Virus record (IMG/VR): IMGVR_UViG_3300028384_000657
Location: 1 to 64,000 of that record
Reading direction: 5' to 3' (one strand)
DNA length: 64,000 bases
Source: a virus
Part shown: piece after piece, positions 39,835 through 49,996 of the stretch
Layout of the letters: every line of letters begins with the position of its first letter
How positions within the stretch are numbered: position 1 is the stretch's first letter
Notes under the pieces: model-generated
What the model saw: the letters and a program-made list of their open reading frames with translations, nothing else
What the model was told of the DNA's origin: nothing
Database searches by the model: none
Translations under genes and position numbers: made by a program

Positions 39835-40758
39835 TTGCCCAACACTCACCTAGATCACCTGGAAGATCTTATCTTCACGGGTCGTGGTCAGTTGCTCAAT
39901 GCTCTTCGTGAGATCTATTCTGGTGTTCGTCTCTCTGTGAAGTGGGACGGTGCTCCTGCTATTGTTTTCGGTACTGATCCTCGTAATGGCAAATTTTTCG
40001 TGGGAACAAAGTCAGTCTTCAACAAAGTCAAAGTCAAAATCTGCTACGACCAGGAAGACATCGACAAATATTATAAGGGGAATGTTGCGGACATCCTTCG
40101 TCTATGTCTGTGCCATCTGCCTCGCCTCTCTGGCATTATCCAAGCTGATTGGATCGGGGTCGGTGGCGGCAGTGTTTACTGCCCTAATACTGTGGAGTAT
40201 CGCTTTTCCTCTAAAACTTGTCGTGATATTATCCTTGCTCCACATACTTACTATGACGAAATTTCTCCGAATGCTGTGGGGCGGGGTGGCGTTAGTCTTC
40301 CTTCTGCACTTGGCACTCAGTTCCTAGGACACGAAGAAGCACATGCTGTGCTTCGTAAGAAGGTAGGATTCAACTGGATTAAATTTATGTATCGTCTTGC
40401 CCGTTGTAAGGTGCCTAGCGAGAAGGCACGTCCTCATATTCTCAAGAATATCAACGCATTTATTCGTATTGGTAGTCTGCCTTCTATGGATGTAATCTAC
40501 TCTACGTTAGATGATAAATACAAGTGTGAGATTAATGTTACAACTTTAGAGGTGTGGCACCAAATCTTCCAACTGAAACAGCGTCTACTCGATGCTATTG
40601 TCGTTAATGGAACAGTTGATTGCTACATCGATGGACATCCCTCTCAACACGAAGGGTTTGTAACTGTTTCTGATAACCCAGTAAAACTAGTAGACCGACT
40701 GACTTTTAGTAAAGCAAACTTCAACCTTAATAAGAATTGGAAGAATGAAAAAGTTTAG
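39835..40758 (+). CDS. ATP-dependent ligase-superfamily-like protein (DUF6267-like), TTG start
   Basis: NTHLDHLED, SVKWDGAPA (KxDG), HEGFV, VKLVDR. Confidence 0.65.
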   Translation: MPNTHLDHLEDLIFTGRGQLLNALREIYSGVRLSVKWDGAPAIVFGTDPRNGKFFVGTKSVFNKVKVKICYDQEDIDKYYKGNVADILRLCLCHLPRLSGIIQADWIGVGGGSVYCPNTVEYRFSSKTCRDIILAPHTYYDEISPNAVGRGGVSLPSALGTQFLGHEEAHAVLRKKVGFNWIKFMYRLARCKVPSEKARPHILKNINAFIRIGSLPSMDVIYSTLDDKYKCEINVTTLEVWHQIFQLKQRLLDAIVVNGTVDCYIDGHPSQHEGFVTVSDNPVKLVDRLTFSKANFNLNKNWKNEKV

Positions 40759-41905
40759 TGCTTTTCTAAACGAAGCCGAGAAATCATTCGCAGCAAAATC
40801 TGCAGAGAAATTAAATCTTAAGCATATTGGTTACGGTAGATATGCAGACCCTTCGGGGAATGTAACCCATATGAGTAAGGATGGAAAGCTTGTAAAATTA
40901 ACACCAGGATCAGACACAGGAGAACGTCAGCAGAATGGAGGAGAAGAAACTGCAGATGGCTCGGGTAAGGTCGATCAAGGTGCAATATCTGTTACATTTG
41001 GAAGATTTAATCCACCTACTGTTGGACATGAACGTCTCATAGCAAAAGTAGCACAAGAGGCAAAATCCAATGGAGGAGAGTATAGAATATACCCCTCAAG
41101 GTCGCAGGATCCTAAGAAGAATCCCCTCGACCCAGGCACTAAAATTAAATTCATGCGCTTGGCTTACCCTGATCATGCCAATGCGATTGTCGATAGCGAC
41201 AATATGCGTACTATTTTTGATGTTCTCACCGCCCTCGATTCTGACGGGTATAGTTCAGTTAATATTGTGGTGGGAGGCGACAGGGTTTCTGAGTTCAATT
41301 CGCTCGCAACAAAATACAACGGCAAGTTATATACATTCGATGAAATCAAAGTAACATCTGCAGGTGGACGTGATCCTGATGCTGATGGTGTGGAGGGTAT
41401 GTCTGCATCTAAGATGCGTAAGGCAGCAGTCGAAGGAGACTTTGATACATTTGATGACGGTCTTACTAAAGACTTGTCTAAGAAAGATCGAGAAGCATTA
41501 TACTTGACACTTCGTCAATCTATGCAAGTAGAAGAATCTTACGATGATTTTGCTGAAGCATCTTATGCTGTTCATGAGATTGCTCCTAAGTTAGATCCTC
41601 AAGGTCTTCGTGAAGCATACTTTGATAGTGATATGTTTCAGGTAGGATGTTTTCTTGAAAATCTTAACACAGGGATCATTGGTAAAGTCGTTAGTCGTGG
41701 TAGCAATTATGTCATCTATATTGATGAGCATGATAATGTATTTCGTTCCTGGTTGAAAGATCTGGTAGAGCGCAATGATATCAAGTATTTTAATTTCACT
41801 CCTGCTGGTGAAATGGGTACAGATAAATTAGCAAACTACATGAGAAAATTAACTCCTGGTGAGTTCATAAAGAAGATAAATAAAAAGGACAAGGTTACTG
41901 AGTAA
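40745..41905 (+). CDS. cytidylyltransferase-like (HIGH-family) nucleotidyltransferase
   Basis: [29 protein letters not shown]. Confidence 0.85.
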   Translation: MKKFSAFLNEAEKSFAAKSAEKLNLKHIGYGRYADPSGNVTHMSKDGKLVKLTPGSDTGERQQNGGEETADGSGKVDQGAISVTFGRFNPPTVGHERLIAKVAQEAKSNGGEYRIYPSRSQDPKKNPLDPGTKIKFMRLAYPDHANAIVDSDNMRTIFDVLTALDSDGYSSVNIVVGGDRVSEFNSLATKYNGKLYTFDEIKVTSAGGRDPDADGVEGMSASKMRKAAVEGDFDTFDDGLTKDLSKKDREALYLTLRQSMQVEESYDDFAEASYAVHEIAPKLDPQGLREAYFDSDMFQVGCFLENLNTGIIGKVVSRGSNYVIYIDEHDNVFRSWLKDLVERNDIKYFNFTPAGEMGTDKLANYMRKLTPGEFIKKINKKDKVTE

Positions 41906-41906
41906 G

Positions 41907-43580
41907 ATGAACTTAAACGAATTACCTGATATGTCTGCTGCACTGAAGAAGGTTCAGCAGTTCGATGAAAAGAAAAAATTAGATCCTGTTGGCAAGGAAG
42001 ATTCCGATGTCAATAATGACGGGAAGGTAGATAGTAGTGACTCTTATCTTAAGAACCGAAGAAAAACTGTAAAGGCAGCGATTGCTAAAGAAGAGACTGA
42101 GCAAATCGATGAGATGATGCCTATCAGTATGATGAGAAATATGGGAATGAGTGGTAGTCAAATGGGTATTAAACCTGGTGGTGGTAATCCCCTTGGACTT
42201 ACTGGCGGTAAAACTGATGCTGGTGGCGGTAAAACATTTACCAATAACGCTCGTTTGTTAGCAAGAAACCCTGCTAGTTATACTAGAGGAACCGTTCCTG
42301 GTAAGTCCAAAGGTGGTAAGGTAAAAACCCGTAAGGAAGCATGGGAGTATCTCGACAATAATGTTGATGAGATTCTGGAATGGTTTGATACTGAAGGTGT
42401 AGATGTTGAGGCACTGACCGAAGAGCAACTGCAGGAACTCCTCGGCGGTATCGCTGGTGGACTCATGAACATGGGTAAGAAAGGCGGATTCATGAAGGGT
42501 GCTAGCACTGGTATTGGTGGTCTTCTTGGCAAGTCAATGGGCAACAGTCTGTTGGGATTCTCCAAGGGTGGTAAAGTCAAGAAAAAAATGAAGAAAGAAG
42601 CATTTGCATTTTCCGAAGAGGAAGAAGCATTGCTTGAAGAGCATGGTGCTGAAATCGATGAACTTACCGATGAGCAACTGGTTGACTTCTTTGTAGAAGC
42701 AATCGAAGATCTTGCTGTTGATGAAGAGGATCTGCTTGAGATCTGTGAAGAACTGGAAGCAGTAGAACTTACTGAGGCAAGTGATAAGTATTATGATTCT
42801 GCAGTCAAGGCATCCAAGGATGCTGCTAAGAGACAACGCCCCTCTCGCGTTGAGCGTATGAAGGGTGCTGCTAAGAAGGCAGCAGGTGCAGTTAAGGCAG
42901 GCGTTAAGGGTGCTGCTAAGAAAGCAATCGGTGCTGGTGCTCGTGCTGCTGGTCATGCCAAGGGTGAGTTTGAAGCGGCTCGTATTAAGTCGAAGCGTGC
43001 TTCAATGGAGAGAACTCCTAAGAAGAAAGAAGATAAGAAAGATGACGATGGTACAGGTGGTAAGTTAGACGCACTGCTGAAGGATACCAGAGGCACCTCC
43101 AGTAGCAGTTCTTCCTCTGGTGGTGGCGGGGAAAGAGACGCAGGTTCTGAAGCAAGAGAGCGTATCAAGTCTAAGAAGAAGGGTCCTGGTCTCTTGAGCA
43201 GGATTGGTGGTGCAGTTAAGAAGGGTCTGAAGAAAGCGGTTGGTAAGACTGCTCGTGCCGTATCTAGCGGTAGCGACAAACTCGCTAAGCGTATGAACGA
43301 AGACTACGATAAGATTGCACATCTGCATGAGTCTGGTTTGTTCTCTATCGAAGAGATCGAGAACGTTATCGAAGAGGGTTACAAGCCCATCGATAAAAAG
43401 AAAGAAAACAAGATGTATCGCAGAGCAGGTAACCTGAGTCGTGAAGCACTTAGTAAAGGAATGAGTACTAAGGAAGGTTCTAAGGCACAGGACAAGTCTG
43501 GTAAGATTGTAAGCGCAATCTCTCGTCAAAAAGAGAAAGAGCGTTTCGATAAAATGGTAGACCACGACGCGAGGAAATGA
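41907..43580 (+). CDS. low-complexity probable internal head protein
   Basis: Late promoter at about 41876; [14 protein letters not shown] loop; alternating acidic and Gly/Lys/Ala blocks; many (I/L)xE sites. Confidence 0.7.
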   Translation: MNLNELPDMSAALKKVQQFDEKKKLDPVGKEDSDVNNDGKVDSSDSYLKNRRKTVKAAIAKEETEQIDEMMPISMMRNMGMSGSQMGIKPGGGNPLGLTGGKTDAGGGKTFTNNARLLARNPASYTRGTVPGKSKGGKVKTRKEAWEYLDNNVDEILEWFDTEGVDVEALTEEQLQELLGGIAGGLMNMGKKGGFMKGASTGIGGLLGKSMGNSLLGFSKGGKVKKKMKKEAFAFSEEEEALLEEHGAEIDELTDEQLVDFFVEAIEDLAVDEEDLLEICEELEAVELTEASDKYYDSAVKASKDAAKRQRPSRVERMKGAAKKAAGAVKAGVKGAAKKAIGAGARAAGHAKGEFEAARIKSKRASMERTPKKKEDKKDDDGTGGKLDALLKDTRGTSSSSSSSGGGGERDAGSEARERIKSKKKGPGLLSRIGGAVKKGLKKAVGKTARAVSSGSDKLAKRMNEDYDKIAHLHESGLFSIEEIENVIEEGYKPIDKKKENKMYRRAGNLSREALSKGMSTKEGSKAQDKSGKIVSAISRQKEKERFDKMVDHDARK

Positions 43581-44262
43581 TGTTATCTTTTAACGAACTA
43601 CAAGAAAAAAAATCCAAGATCAAGATCAATCCTAAAAAAGATGATGTCATGGAAGGTTCTTGCGGATCCTACTCTAAGGGTGGTGAAGTAAAGAAGAACC
43701 ATGGTGAGGATTGTGATTGTCAGAAATGCGAAAAGAAACGTCGCAAAGAAGATCTTGGTGATGAAAAAACAGTATCTACGGAGGAATTAGCTTATGACAG
43801 TCAGGAAAAAGTTTCAGAAGAAGGCAATCAAGAAATCGCAGAAACTGAAATTAAAAACCTCCTGACATTCGACGAACTTCAGTACGCGAAGACGTTGAAC
43901 GAAGAACAACTTCAAGAGTTCCTCAAAGGTCTCTTTGGTGGTGGTAGCAAACCTACTTCCAGCAGCAGTGGTCAAATGCCTAACCATAGTGGTCTTGCTA
44001 GTAAATTAGGTCAGCGTCGTCAGATGTTGAATAAGGCAATGGGCAAACCAGACAACAAAGTTCTTGGTTTCTCCAAGGGCGGTAAGGTCAAGAAAGAAGA
44101 AGTTGAGCAAGTTAATGAGATCCTCGGTGGTATGTCTAAACCTGCTCCTGGTGGAAAAGGTGGTGGAGGTGGTTCTACCATGTCTAAACCACCTATCTCT
44201 TCTGGAGCACCAGATTCATCTATGGCTGCATTGAAATTATCGAAAGGTGGTAAAGTTAAGAA
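42305..44262 (+). repeat. five dispersed copies of an SKGG(K/E)VK-encoding repeat
   Basis: At about 42305, 42558, 43672, 44069, 44240; TTCTCCAAGGG(T/C)GGTAA(A/G)GTCAAGAA nearly identical at 42558 and 44069. Confidence 0.8.
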
Positions 44263-44509
44263 GAAGTCGTACAAAGAATCGTTAGAAATCTTTGGAGAAA
44301 GAAAGGAACTATCAATTGCTGATCAGATGAAAATCTCTCGCGAAGCAGCAGCGAAGAGAAAACCATATCAACCTGGTGATCGCGAAAAGCAACGTGCTGC
44401 TCAAATGAGAAATGCTGCTAAGAATGCGAAGAAGGATACTAGAACTGATGCTGAAAAGATGACTGATGCAACGGGTCCAAGACCTGGATCACGTTATAGA
44501 GGTGACTGA
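43577..44509 (+). CDS. low-complexity probable internal head protein
   Basis: [11 protein letters not shown]-terminus; three SKGG(K/E)VKK repeats; HxxxCxCxxC motif. Confidence 0.7.
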   Translation: MMLSFNELQEKKSKIKINPKKDDVMEGSCGSYSKGGEVKKNHGEDCDCQKCEKKRRKEDLGDEKTVSTEELAYDSQEKVSEEGNQEIAETEIKNLLTFDELQYAKTLNEEQLQEFLKGLFGGGSKPTSSSSGQMPNHSGLASKLGQRRQMLNKAMGKPDNKVLGFSKGGKVKKEEVEQVNEILGGMSKPAPGGKGGGGGSTMSKPPISSGAPDSSMAALKLSKGGKVKKKSYKESLEIFGERKELSIADQMKISREAAAKRKPYQPGDREKQRAAQMRNAAKNAKKDTRTDAEKMTDATGPRPGSRYRGD

Positions 44510-44545
44510 GCATATATAGGATAGACCCCTTTATAGGCAAAAATT

Positions 44546-44752
44546 ATGTTAGTATCTTTCCTTCTCCCATTTGCTAAAAAGATTGTAGCAGATGCAGTTT
44601 CCAAGATTCCTGATGATGCGGAACTTGGTGAAAAACTGATTGATATCTGTATCATGGTTCTGGAGAAAGCAGTCAAACTCACGAAGACAACTGCTGACGA
44701 TAAACTGTTAGAAGCAGTGAAGAAAGCACTGGTCACTCGTGACGGTGAATGA
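44546..44752 (+). CDS. small amphipathic helical protein
   Basis: LLPFAKKIV...TKTTADDKLLEAVKKAL. Confidence 0.7.
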   Translation: MLVSFLLPFAKKIVADAVSKIPDDAELGEKLIDICIMVLEKAVKLTKTTADDKLLEAVKKALVTRDGE

Positions 44753-44792
44753 TTTATAAATAACTAATACGGAATACAACGTCGGAGAAACA

Positions 44793-45374
44793 ATGTCTTT
44801 ATACGGAAGAGTTGACTCCACTGCTAACCAGACCGCTGTCGGTCTTACTATTGGTAACAGCGGTGGGTCTGTAACAAAAACAATCGTCTTTGTTGACGAA
44901 ACTGAAGCAGGTCTTGATGAGAACAAATCTCGTGGCATCACTGCTCCTGGTTGGTGGGCATATCACACCTATACTGATGTATCTGGTGCAACCCGTCACC
45001 GTGCAGAGCACCTGATGTTCCTCACGAATCCTGAGGCTAACGCTGATGAGACCCTGAGCGACGACACCATCGCAGCAGACGTAACCAACACGATTGCATT
45101 CACCACCAATAACACCGACAAGACTGCATCTGGTGGCGCAGCAACCTTCCTGGTCGCTGTTACCGTTACCAACTCTGGCACCGCTACCTTCCAATGGCAG
45201 CGCCGCACCAGCAGCACTGGTCGCTTCAGCAATATCTCTGGTGCAACCAGCACATCTCTGGCACTTACAGGTCTTACCACTGACGAAAACGGATACCAGT
45301 ATCGCGTTAAAGTCAACTCCGACAATGGTGCTGAAGAGGTAATCTCCGACGTAGCAACACTGACAGTTAGCTAA
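44793..45374 (+). CDS. virion structural protein with C-terminal Ig-like domain
   Basis: TATAAATA at about 44755; GITAPGWW; TFQWQR...ISGATSTSL...NGYQYRV. Confidence 0.78.
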   Translation: MSLYGRVDSTANQTAVGLTIGNSGGSVTKTIVFVDETEAGLDENKSRGITAPGWWAYHTYTDVSGATRHRAEHLMFLTNPEANADETLSDDTIAADVTNTIAFTTNNTDKTASGGAATFLVAVTVTNSGTATFQWQRRTSSTGRFSNISGATSTSLALTGLTTDENGYQYRVKVNSDNGAEEVISDVATLTVS

Positions 45375-45736
45375 TGAAATTTGACGAACTGAATGAGTCT
45401 AACTACGTTCTGTTCGCCATTAAACATTATGAAAACCCTCATTGCGTAACACGCGATGACTTTGATGAAGACATGAAACGCTTCAAGTATCTGAAAAGAC
45501 TCTTGAAGCGTTATCTGCGAAGAGGTCCATTAAGGATTCATTTAATTATAAATCATCTAATAATTTTGTATAATGTTTTTGGCGAAGCAGCGACTCCGCT
45601 ATTATTTTTTAAGTTTGAACAAGAGTATTGGGGTATACTAAAGACGTTCTTGGTATACTTGAATAAATACCCCATAGGAATGTTACCTGAAATAGAAATT
45701 CAGGGAGAAATCTTAGAACAACTAGAAAGGATATGA
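45374..45736 (+). CDS. conserved T4-like hypothetical protein
   Basis: FAIKHYENP.C, FKYLKRL, LIINHLIILYNVFG. Confidence 0.8.
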   Translation: MKFDELNESNYVLFAIKHYENPHCVTRDDFDEDMKRFKYLKRLLKRYLRRGPLRIHLIINHLIILYNVFGEAATPLLFFKFEQEYWGILKTFLVYLNKYPIGMLPEIEIQGEILEQLERI

Positions 45737-46290
45737 CCATGATGACTGCTGGCACTGGTGGATTTAGCGGGAGTGCTCCTGCTACAGGTCCCAATGCGGG
45801 TTTCGATCCGATTATGAAGTTTCGCAAGAAATTAAAAAAGACCAAAGTTAAACTTGCTGGCGGCAATACGAACGAATCGTTTAGTGAATCTAAGGAAAAT
45901 CCTAAGGCACCATCTAGGTTGTTTCAATACAAGGTAAAACTCCCTGAAGTTGGTGAGACTATTGTGTATGCATCTTCTCCTGCGGAACTAGCACGAAAAC
46001 TTCGTATGGTTATCGCTCCTGGACATAGAGGAGATATTGAAATTGAAAGGGTACTGCCAGCAGCAGCAGGTAAGTTCTTTATGGACAAGCGCACAAAGCA
46101 CATGCGAAATATTATGGGCGAAGAGGCGGACGGTGCTAGAGATGCTAAAGAAATGGCAGATGAAAGAGTTCGTGCTGAAAGAAAGAGAGCAGCGATGAAG
46201 AAGCAGGAACTTCAAAAAAGATTACAGACAAAGACCAGACAGTTGAAAAAGTCTGCTGCTGCAGGTCAAGCTCCGCCAGAGGAGAATTGA
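45733..46290 (+). CDS. hypothetical protein with gp23 N-arm-like motif
   Basis: N-terminal GFSGSAPATGPNAGFDPIM. Confidence 0.7.
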   Translation: MTMMTAGTGGFSGSAPATGPNAGFDPIMKFRKKLKKTKVKLAGGNTNESFSESKENPKAPSRLFQYKVKLPEVGETIVYASSPAELARKLRMVIAPGHRGDIEIERVLPAAAGKFFMDKRTKHMRNIMGEEADGARDAKEMADERVRAERKRAAMKKQELQKRLQTKTRQLKKSAAAGQAPPEEN

Positions 46291-46291
46291 T

Positions 46292-46720
46292 ATGGCATTC
46301 GGTCTAGGTAAACTTGCTGTTCTAGAAAGCAAGTTAGATATTTACGAAGACTTATCCAAAGAAATGTTGGATAAGTTAGAACGTGCTTTAACAACACTTT
46401 CAGAGAATAGTAATAAAATCTCTATTGTGTTGGAGAGGCATGAGAACCGATTGGAAGAAGGTGATAAATCTAATCTATTGATTATTAAAATGATCGAAGA
46501 GATGAAGGGTCAAGAAGAGAAGAATCATAAAGTCCTTCATGACAGAATCGATAGAATACAAAAGAAAGTAGATGCTAACCAAAGGTTTGTAATTGGTGCA
46601 GGTGCTGTGCTAGCAACGCTAGGTCTGGTGGCACAGATTGCATTTCCTATTTACAGAACCTTGACAACCTCCACTCAAACGAGTATGATGGACGCACCAG
46701 CGATCCATCGAGTTGTCTGA
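46292..46720 (+). CDS. coiled-coil protein with C-terminal TM helix
   Basis: Heptad pattern then FVIGAGAVLATLGLVAQI. Confidence 0.72.
   Translation: MAFGLGKLAVLESKLDIYEDLSKEMLDKLERALTTLSENSNKISIVLERHENRLEEGDKSNLLIIKMIEEMKGQEEKNHKVLHDRIDRIQKKVDANQRFVIGAGAVLATLGLVAQIAFPIYRTLTTSTQTSMMDAPAIHRVV
46661..46689 (+). promoter_or_regulatory. sigma70-type promoter for g61-nrdAB
   Basis: TTGACA-17-TATGAT. Confidence 0.75.
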
Positions 46721-47702
46721 ATTTGTAGATGAGCATTACGTCAATCTTCTTTCTGGTCGTCTAGATAAGTTTTCTAGAAAGAAGAACGGACTATATAATT
46801 TTCGGTGTCCTTATTGCGGTGACTCTCAGAAGCATCGTAACAAGGCACGAGGGTATTTCTTTCGCCTCAAAGCGGATATGGTATACAAGTGCCATAACTG
46901 TGGCGTAGGTAGAACGCTGCCAAACTTTCTTAAGGATCAGGCACCTGATCTCTATGATGAATATATCATGGAGAGATACAAGAGTGGAACGACAGGTAAA
47001 GGATCTTATGTTCCCAAACCAAAATTTGAGAAACCTAAGTTTAAGAAAAAAGGTGAACTACAATCGATTGCCGATCTAAATAGTGATCACCCAGCAAAAG
47101 GATATCTACTTGGCAGAAAAATCCCTGAACAATTTTTTAAAGAAATTTTCTACGCAGAAAGATTCTGTACATGGGTTAACACACAAAAACCATGTTTTGA
47201 AGAGGTCACTCGCGATCACTCTAGAATCATTATCCCGTTCATCGGAAGAGATAACGAATGGTTTGGATTCCAAGGACGATCCCTCCGACCAGATGACAAA
47301 CTCAGATACATAACTATCATGTTGGACGAGAATCGTCCAAAAGTGTATGGACTAAATCGTGTTGATTTCAACAAAACGATCTATGTCACCGAAGGACCAT
47401 TCGATAGTCTATACATAGATAACGCAATCGCCATGGCAGGTGCTGATGTAGATTGGAACTTGCTTGAAGGGAGAGATGCTGTCTTTGTTTATGATAATGA
47501 ACAGCGAAACAAACAAATCATCGACCGTATTAGTCAAACAATTGATAAGGGATACGAAGTCGTTATTTGGCCAGATAATCTAGAAGAGAAAGATCTCAAT
47601 GACATGTATATCGCTGGACATAACGTTCAATCTCTGGTAGAATTCAACACATACTCAGGCTTAGAGGCACACATTAAATTAACTGAATGGAAAAAGGTAT
47701 GA
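46713..47702 (+). CDS. g61: DNA primase gp61
   Basis: FRCPYCGDS, KCHNCG, TEGPFDS, YDNE, KDLND. Confidence 0.96.
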   Translation: MSEFVDEHYVNLLSGRLDKFSRKKNGLYNFRCPYCGDSQKHRNKARGYFFRLKADMVYKCHNCGVGRTLPNFLKDQAPDLYDEYIMERYKSGTTGKGSYVPKPKFEKPKFKKKGELQSIADLNSDHPAKGYLLGRKIPEQFFKEIFYAERFCTWVNTQKPCFEEVTRDHSRIIIPFIGRDNEWFGFQGRSLRPDDKLRYITIMLDENRPKVYGLNRVDFNKTIYVTEGPFDSLYIDNAIAMAGADVDWNLLEGRDAVFVYDNEQRNKQIIDRISQTIDKGYEVVIWPDNLEEKDLNDMYIAGHNVQSLVEFNTYSGLEAHIKLTEWKKV

Positions 47703-49996
47703 AAGAAATTCATGTAATCAAGCGTAGTGGTGAGAAAACACCCCTAGACCTTGATAAGATCCATGCAATGGCAGAACACGCCTGTAGAGGTCTTGCAGGT
47801 GTCTCTGAGAGTCAGGTTGAGATGAATGCCAACCTGCAATTTTTTGATGGTATTAAGACTTCGGACATTCAAGAAATCTTGATCCGTTCGGCAAATGATT
47901 TGATTTCCCTGGAGTCTCCAAACTATCAGTTTGTTGCTGCTCGTCTTCTCTTGTTTAGTTTGAGAAAGGCAGTGTACAATGGTCATCCTGATGGGCACCC
48001 TCCTTTACTAGAGCATGTCAAAAAGTGTGTGGACATGGGCGTCTATGATGATGGTATTCTCAGCAAATACTCTGAGGAGGAGTGGGAGAAACTGAATAGT
48101 TTCATGGATCATGACCGAGACTATTTGTTTACATATGCTGGCATTAGACAAGTAGCAGATAAATACCTTGTACAAGATAGAAGCAGTGGCGAAGTTTACG
48201 AAACGCCCCAGTTCATGTATATGATGGTGGCAGCGACACTGTTCCAAGATGATGATAAGTTCTATCGTCTCGAATACGTCAAAAAGTATTATGACGCAAT
48301 CTCCAAACACCGACTCAACATTCCCACACCTATCATGGCAGGGGTGCGAACTCCACTTCGACAATTTGCGAGCTGTGTTCTTGTTGATGTTGATGACACC
48401 CTCGATAGCATCTTTAGTAGCGACATGGCTATTGGTCACTACGTTGCACAACGTGCTGGTATCGGCATCAACGCAGGCAGAATCAGGGGTATCAACGCTA
48501 AAATCAGGGGCGGTGAAGTTCAGCACACAGGCGTTATTCCATTTCTCAAAAAGTTTGAGGCAACTGTCAGATGCTGCACTCAAAATGGAATCCGAGGTGG
48601 ATCAGCTACTGTCCACTTTCCAATCTGGCACCAAGAAATCCAAGACATCATCGTCCTAAAGAATAATAAAGGAACTGAGGACAACCGAGTCCGTAAGTTA
48701 GACTACAGTATTCAGTTCAGTAAACTCTTCTATGAGCGATTCATCTCCAACGGTATCATCTCCCTCTTCAGTCCTCACGACGTGCCAGGTCTTTATGATG
48801 CTTTTGGTACTGATTCATTTGATAGTCTCTATGTGGACTATGAATCAGATCTCTCTATTCCAAGACAGACTATCGGCGCTCAAGAACTCATTCTTAGTCT
48901 CCTGAAGGAGAGAGCAGAGACTGGTCGTATTTACATTATGAATATTGACCACTGTAATACTCACTCGTCCTTTAAGGATAAGGTTACTATGTCTAACCTT
49001 TGTCAGGAGATTACTCTTCCGACTGATCCTATCAATCATATTGATGGGTTGGGTGAGATTGCTTTGTGTATCCTGTCTGCTATCAACGTTGGTAAACTGA
49101 AGTCTCTTGATGAACTGGATGAACTGTGTGAACTGGCAGTTCGTGGTCTGGATGCTCTGATTGACTATCAGCAATATCCTGTTAAGGCAGCAGAGAATAG
49201 CACTAAGAATCGTCGCTCTCTTGGTATTGGGTTCATTGGTCTGGCACATTATCTTGCTAAGCATGGTGCCAACTATGATTCGCAGAAGGCGCATGACCTC
49301 GTTCATAAACTCACTGAGAGGTTCCAGTTTGCTCTTCTAACAGCGTCTAATCGTATGGCAATGGAGAAGGGTCCTTGCGGTTATTTTGGTAAAACCAAAT
49401 ACGCTGATGGAATACTTCCTATCGATACATATAAGAAGGAAGTGGACGAAATTGTACCGAATGATCTTTCATGTGATTGGGAATATCTCAGGGGACGGAT
49501 TGTTGAGTACGGACTACGGCACAGCACGTTGTCCGCACAGATGCCTTCGGAGAGCAGCTCCGTTGTGTCAAACGCTACCAATGGAATCGAGCCGCCTCGC
49601 GACTACTTGTCCGTTAAGAAATCAAAGAAAGGACCTCTTAAGCAAATTGTGCCATCTTATACAACCCTCAAGGGAGCATACACCCTCCTCTGGGACATGC
49701 ACAACAACGACGGATACATCAAAGTTACCGCCGTAATGCAGAAGTTCTTTGATCAGGCAATTAGTGGTAACTGGAGTTACAATCCAGAGAATTATTCTGA
49801 TAATGAAGTGCCTGTTTCTGAGATGGCAAAAGATCTTTTGACCACTTACAAGTATGGTTGGAAGACATCTTATTATCAAAACACATATGATAATAAGAAA
49901 GACGGAGAAGAGGTTGAACAAACTCCATCCGTAGATAATTTAATTGACCAACTTATCACAGAAGAGGAAGATGACTGCGAGTCCTGTAAAATCTGA
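47699..49996 (+). CDS. nrdA: class Ia ribonucleotide reductase alpha subunit
   Basis: ATP cone VIKRSG, PTPIMAG, FASCVL, SNLCQEI, MPSESSS, C-terminal CESCKI. Confidence 0.98.
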   Translation: MKEIHVIKRSGEKTPLDLDKIHAMAEHACRGLAGVSESQVEMNANLQFFDGIKTSDIQEILIRSANDLISLESPNYQFVAARLLLFSLRKAVYNGHPDGHPPLLEHVKKCVDMGVYDDGILSKYSEEEWEKLNSFMDHDRDYLFTYAGIRQVADKYLVQDRSSGEVYETPQFMYMMVAATLFQDDDKFYRLEYVKKYYDAISKHRLNIPTPIMAGVRTPLRQFASCVLVDVDDTLDSIFSSDMAIGHYVAQRAGIGINAGRIRGINAKIRGGEVQHTGVIPFLKKFEATVRCCTQNGIRGGSATVHFPIWHQEIQDIIVLKNNKGTEDNRVRKLDYSIQFSKLFYERFISNGIISLFSPHDVPGLYDAFGTDSFDSLYVDYESDLSIPRQTIGAQELILSLLKERAETGRIYIMNIDHCNTHSSFKDKVTMSNLCQEITLPTDPINHIDGLGEIALCILSAINVGKLKSLDELDELCELAVRGLDALIDYQQYPVKAAENSTKNRRSLGIGFIGLAHYLAKHGANYDSQKAHDLVHKLTERFQFALLTASNRMAMEKGPCGYFGKTKYADGILPIDTYKKEVDEIVPNDLSCDWEYLRGRIVEYGLRHSTLSAQMPSESSSVVSNATNGIEPPRDYLSVKKSKKGPLKQIVPSYTTLKGAYTLLWDMHNNDGYIKVTAVMQKFFDQAISGNWSYNPENYSDNEVPVSEMAKDLLTTYKYGWKTSYYQNTYDNKKDGEEVEQTPSVDNLIDQLITEEEDDCESCKI

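Noticed and set aside
42305-44262. CRISPR-like array from the SKGGKVK repeats
   Set aside because: Irregular spacing, synonymous-site variation and in-frame location show protein-level repeats; no cas genes.
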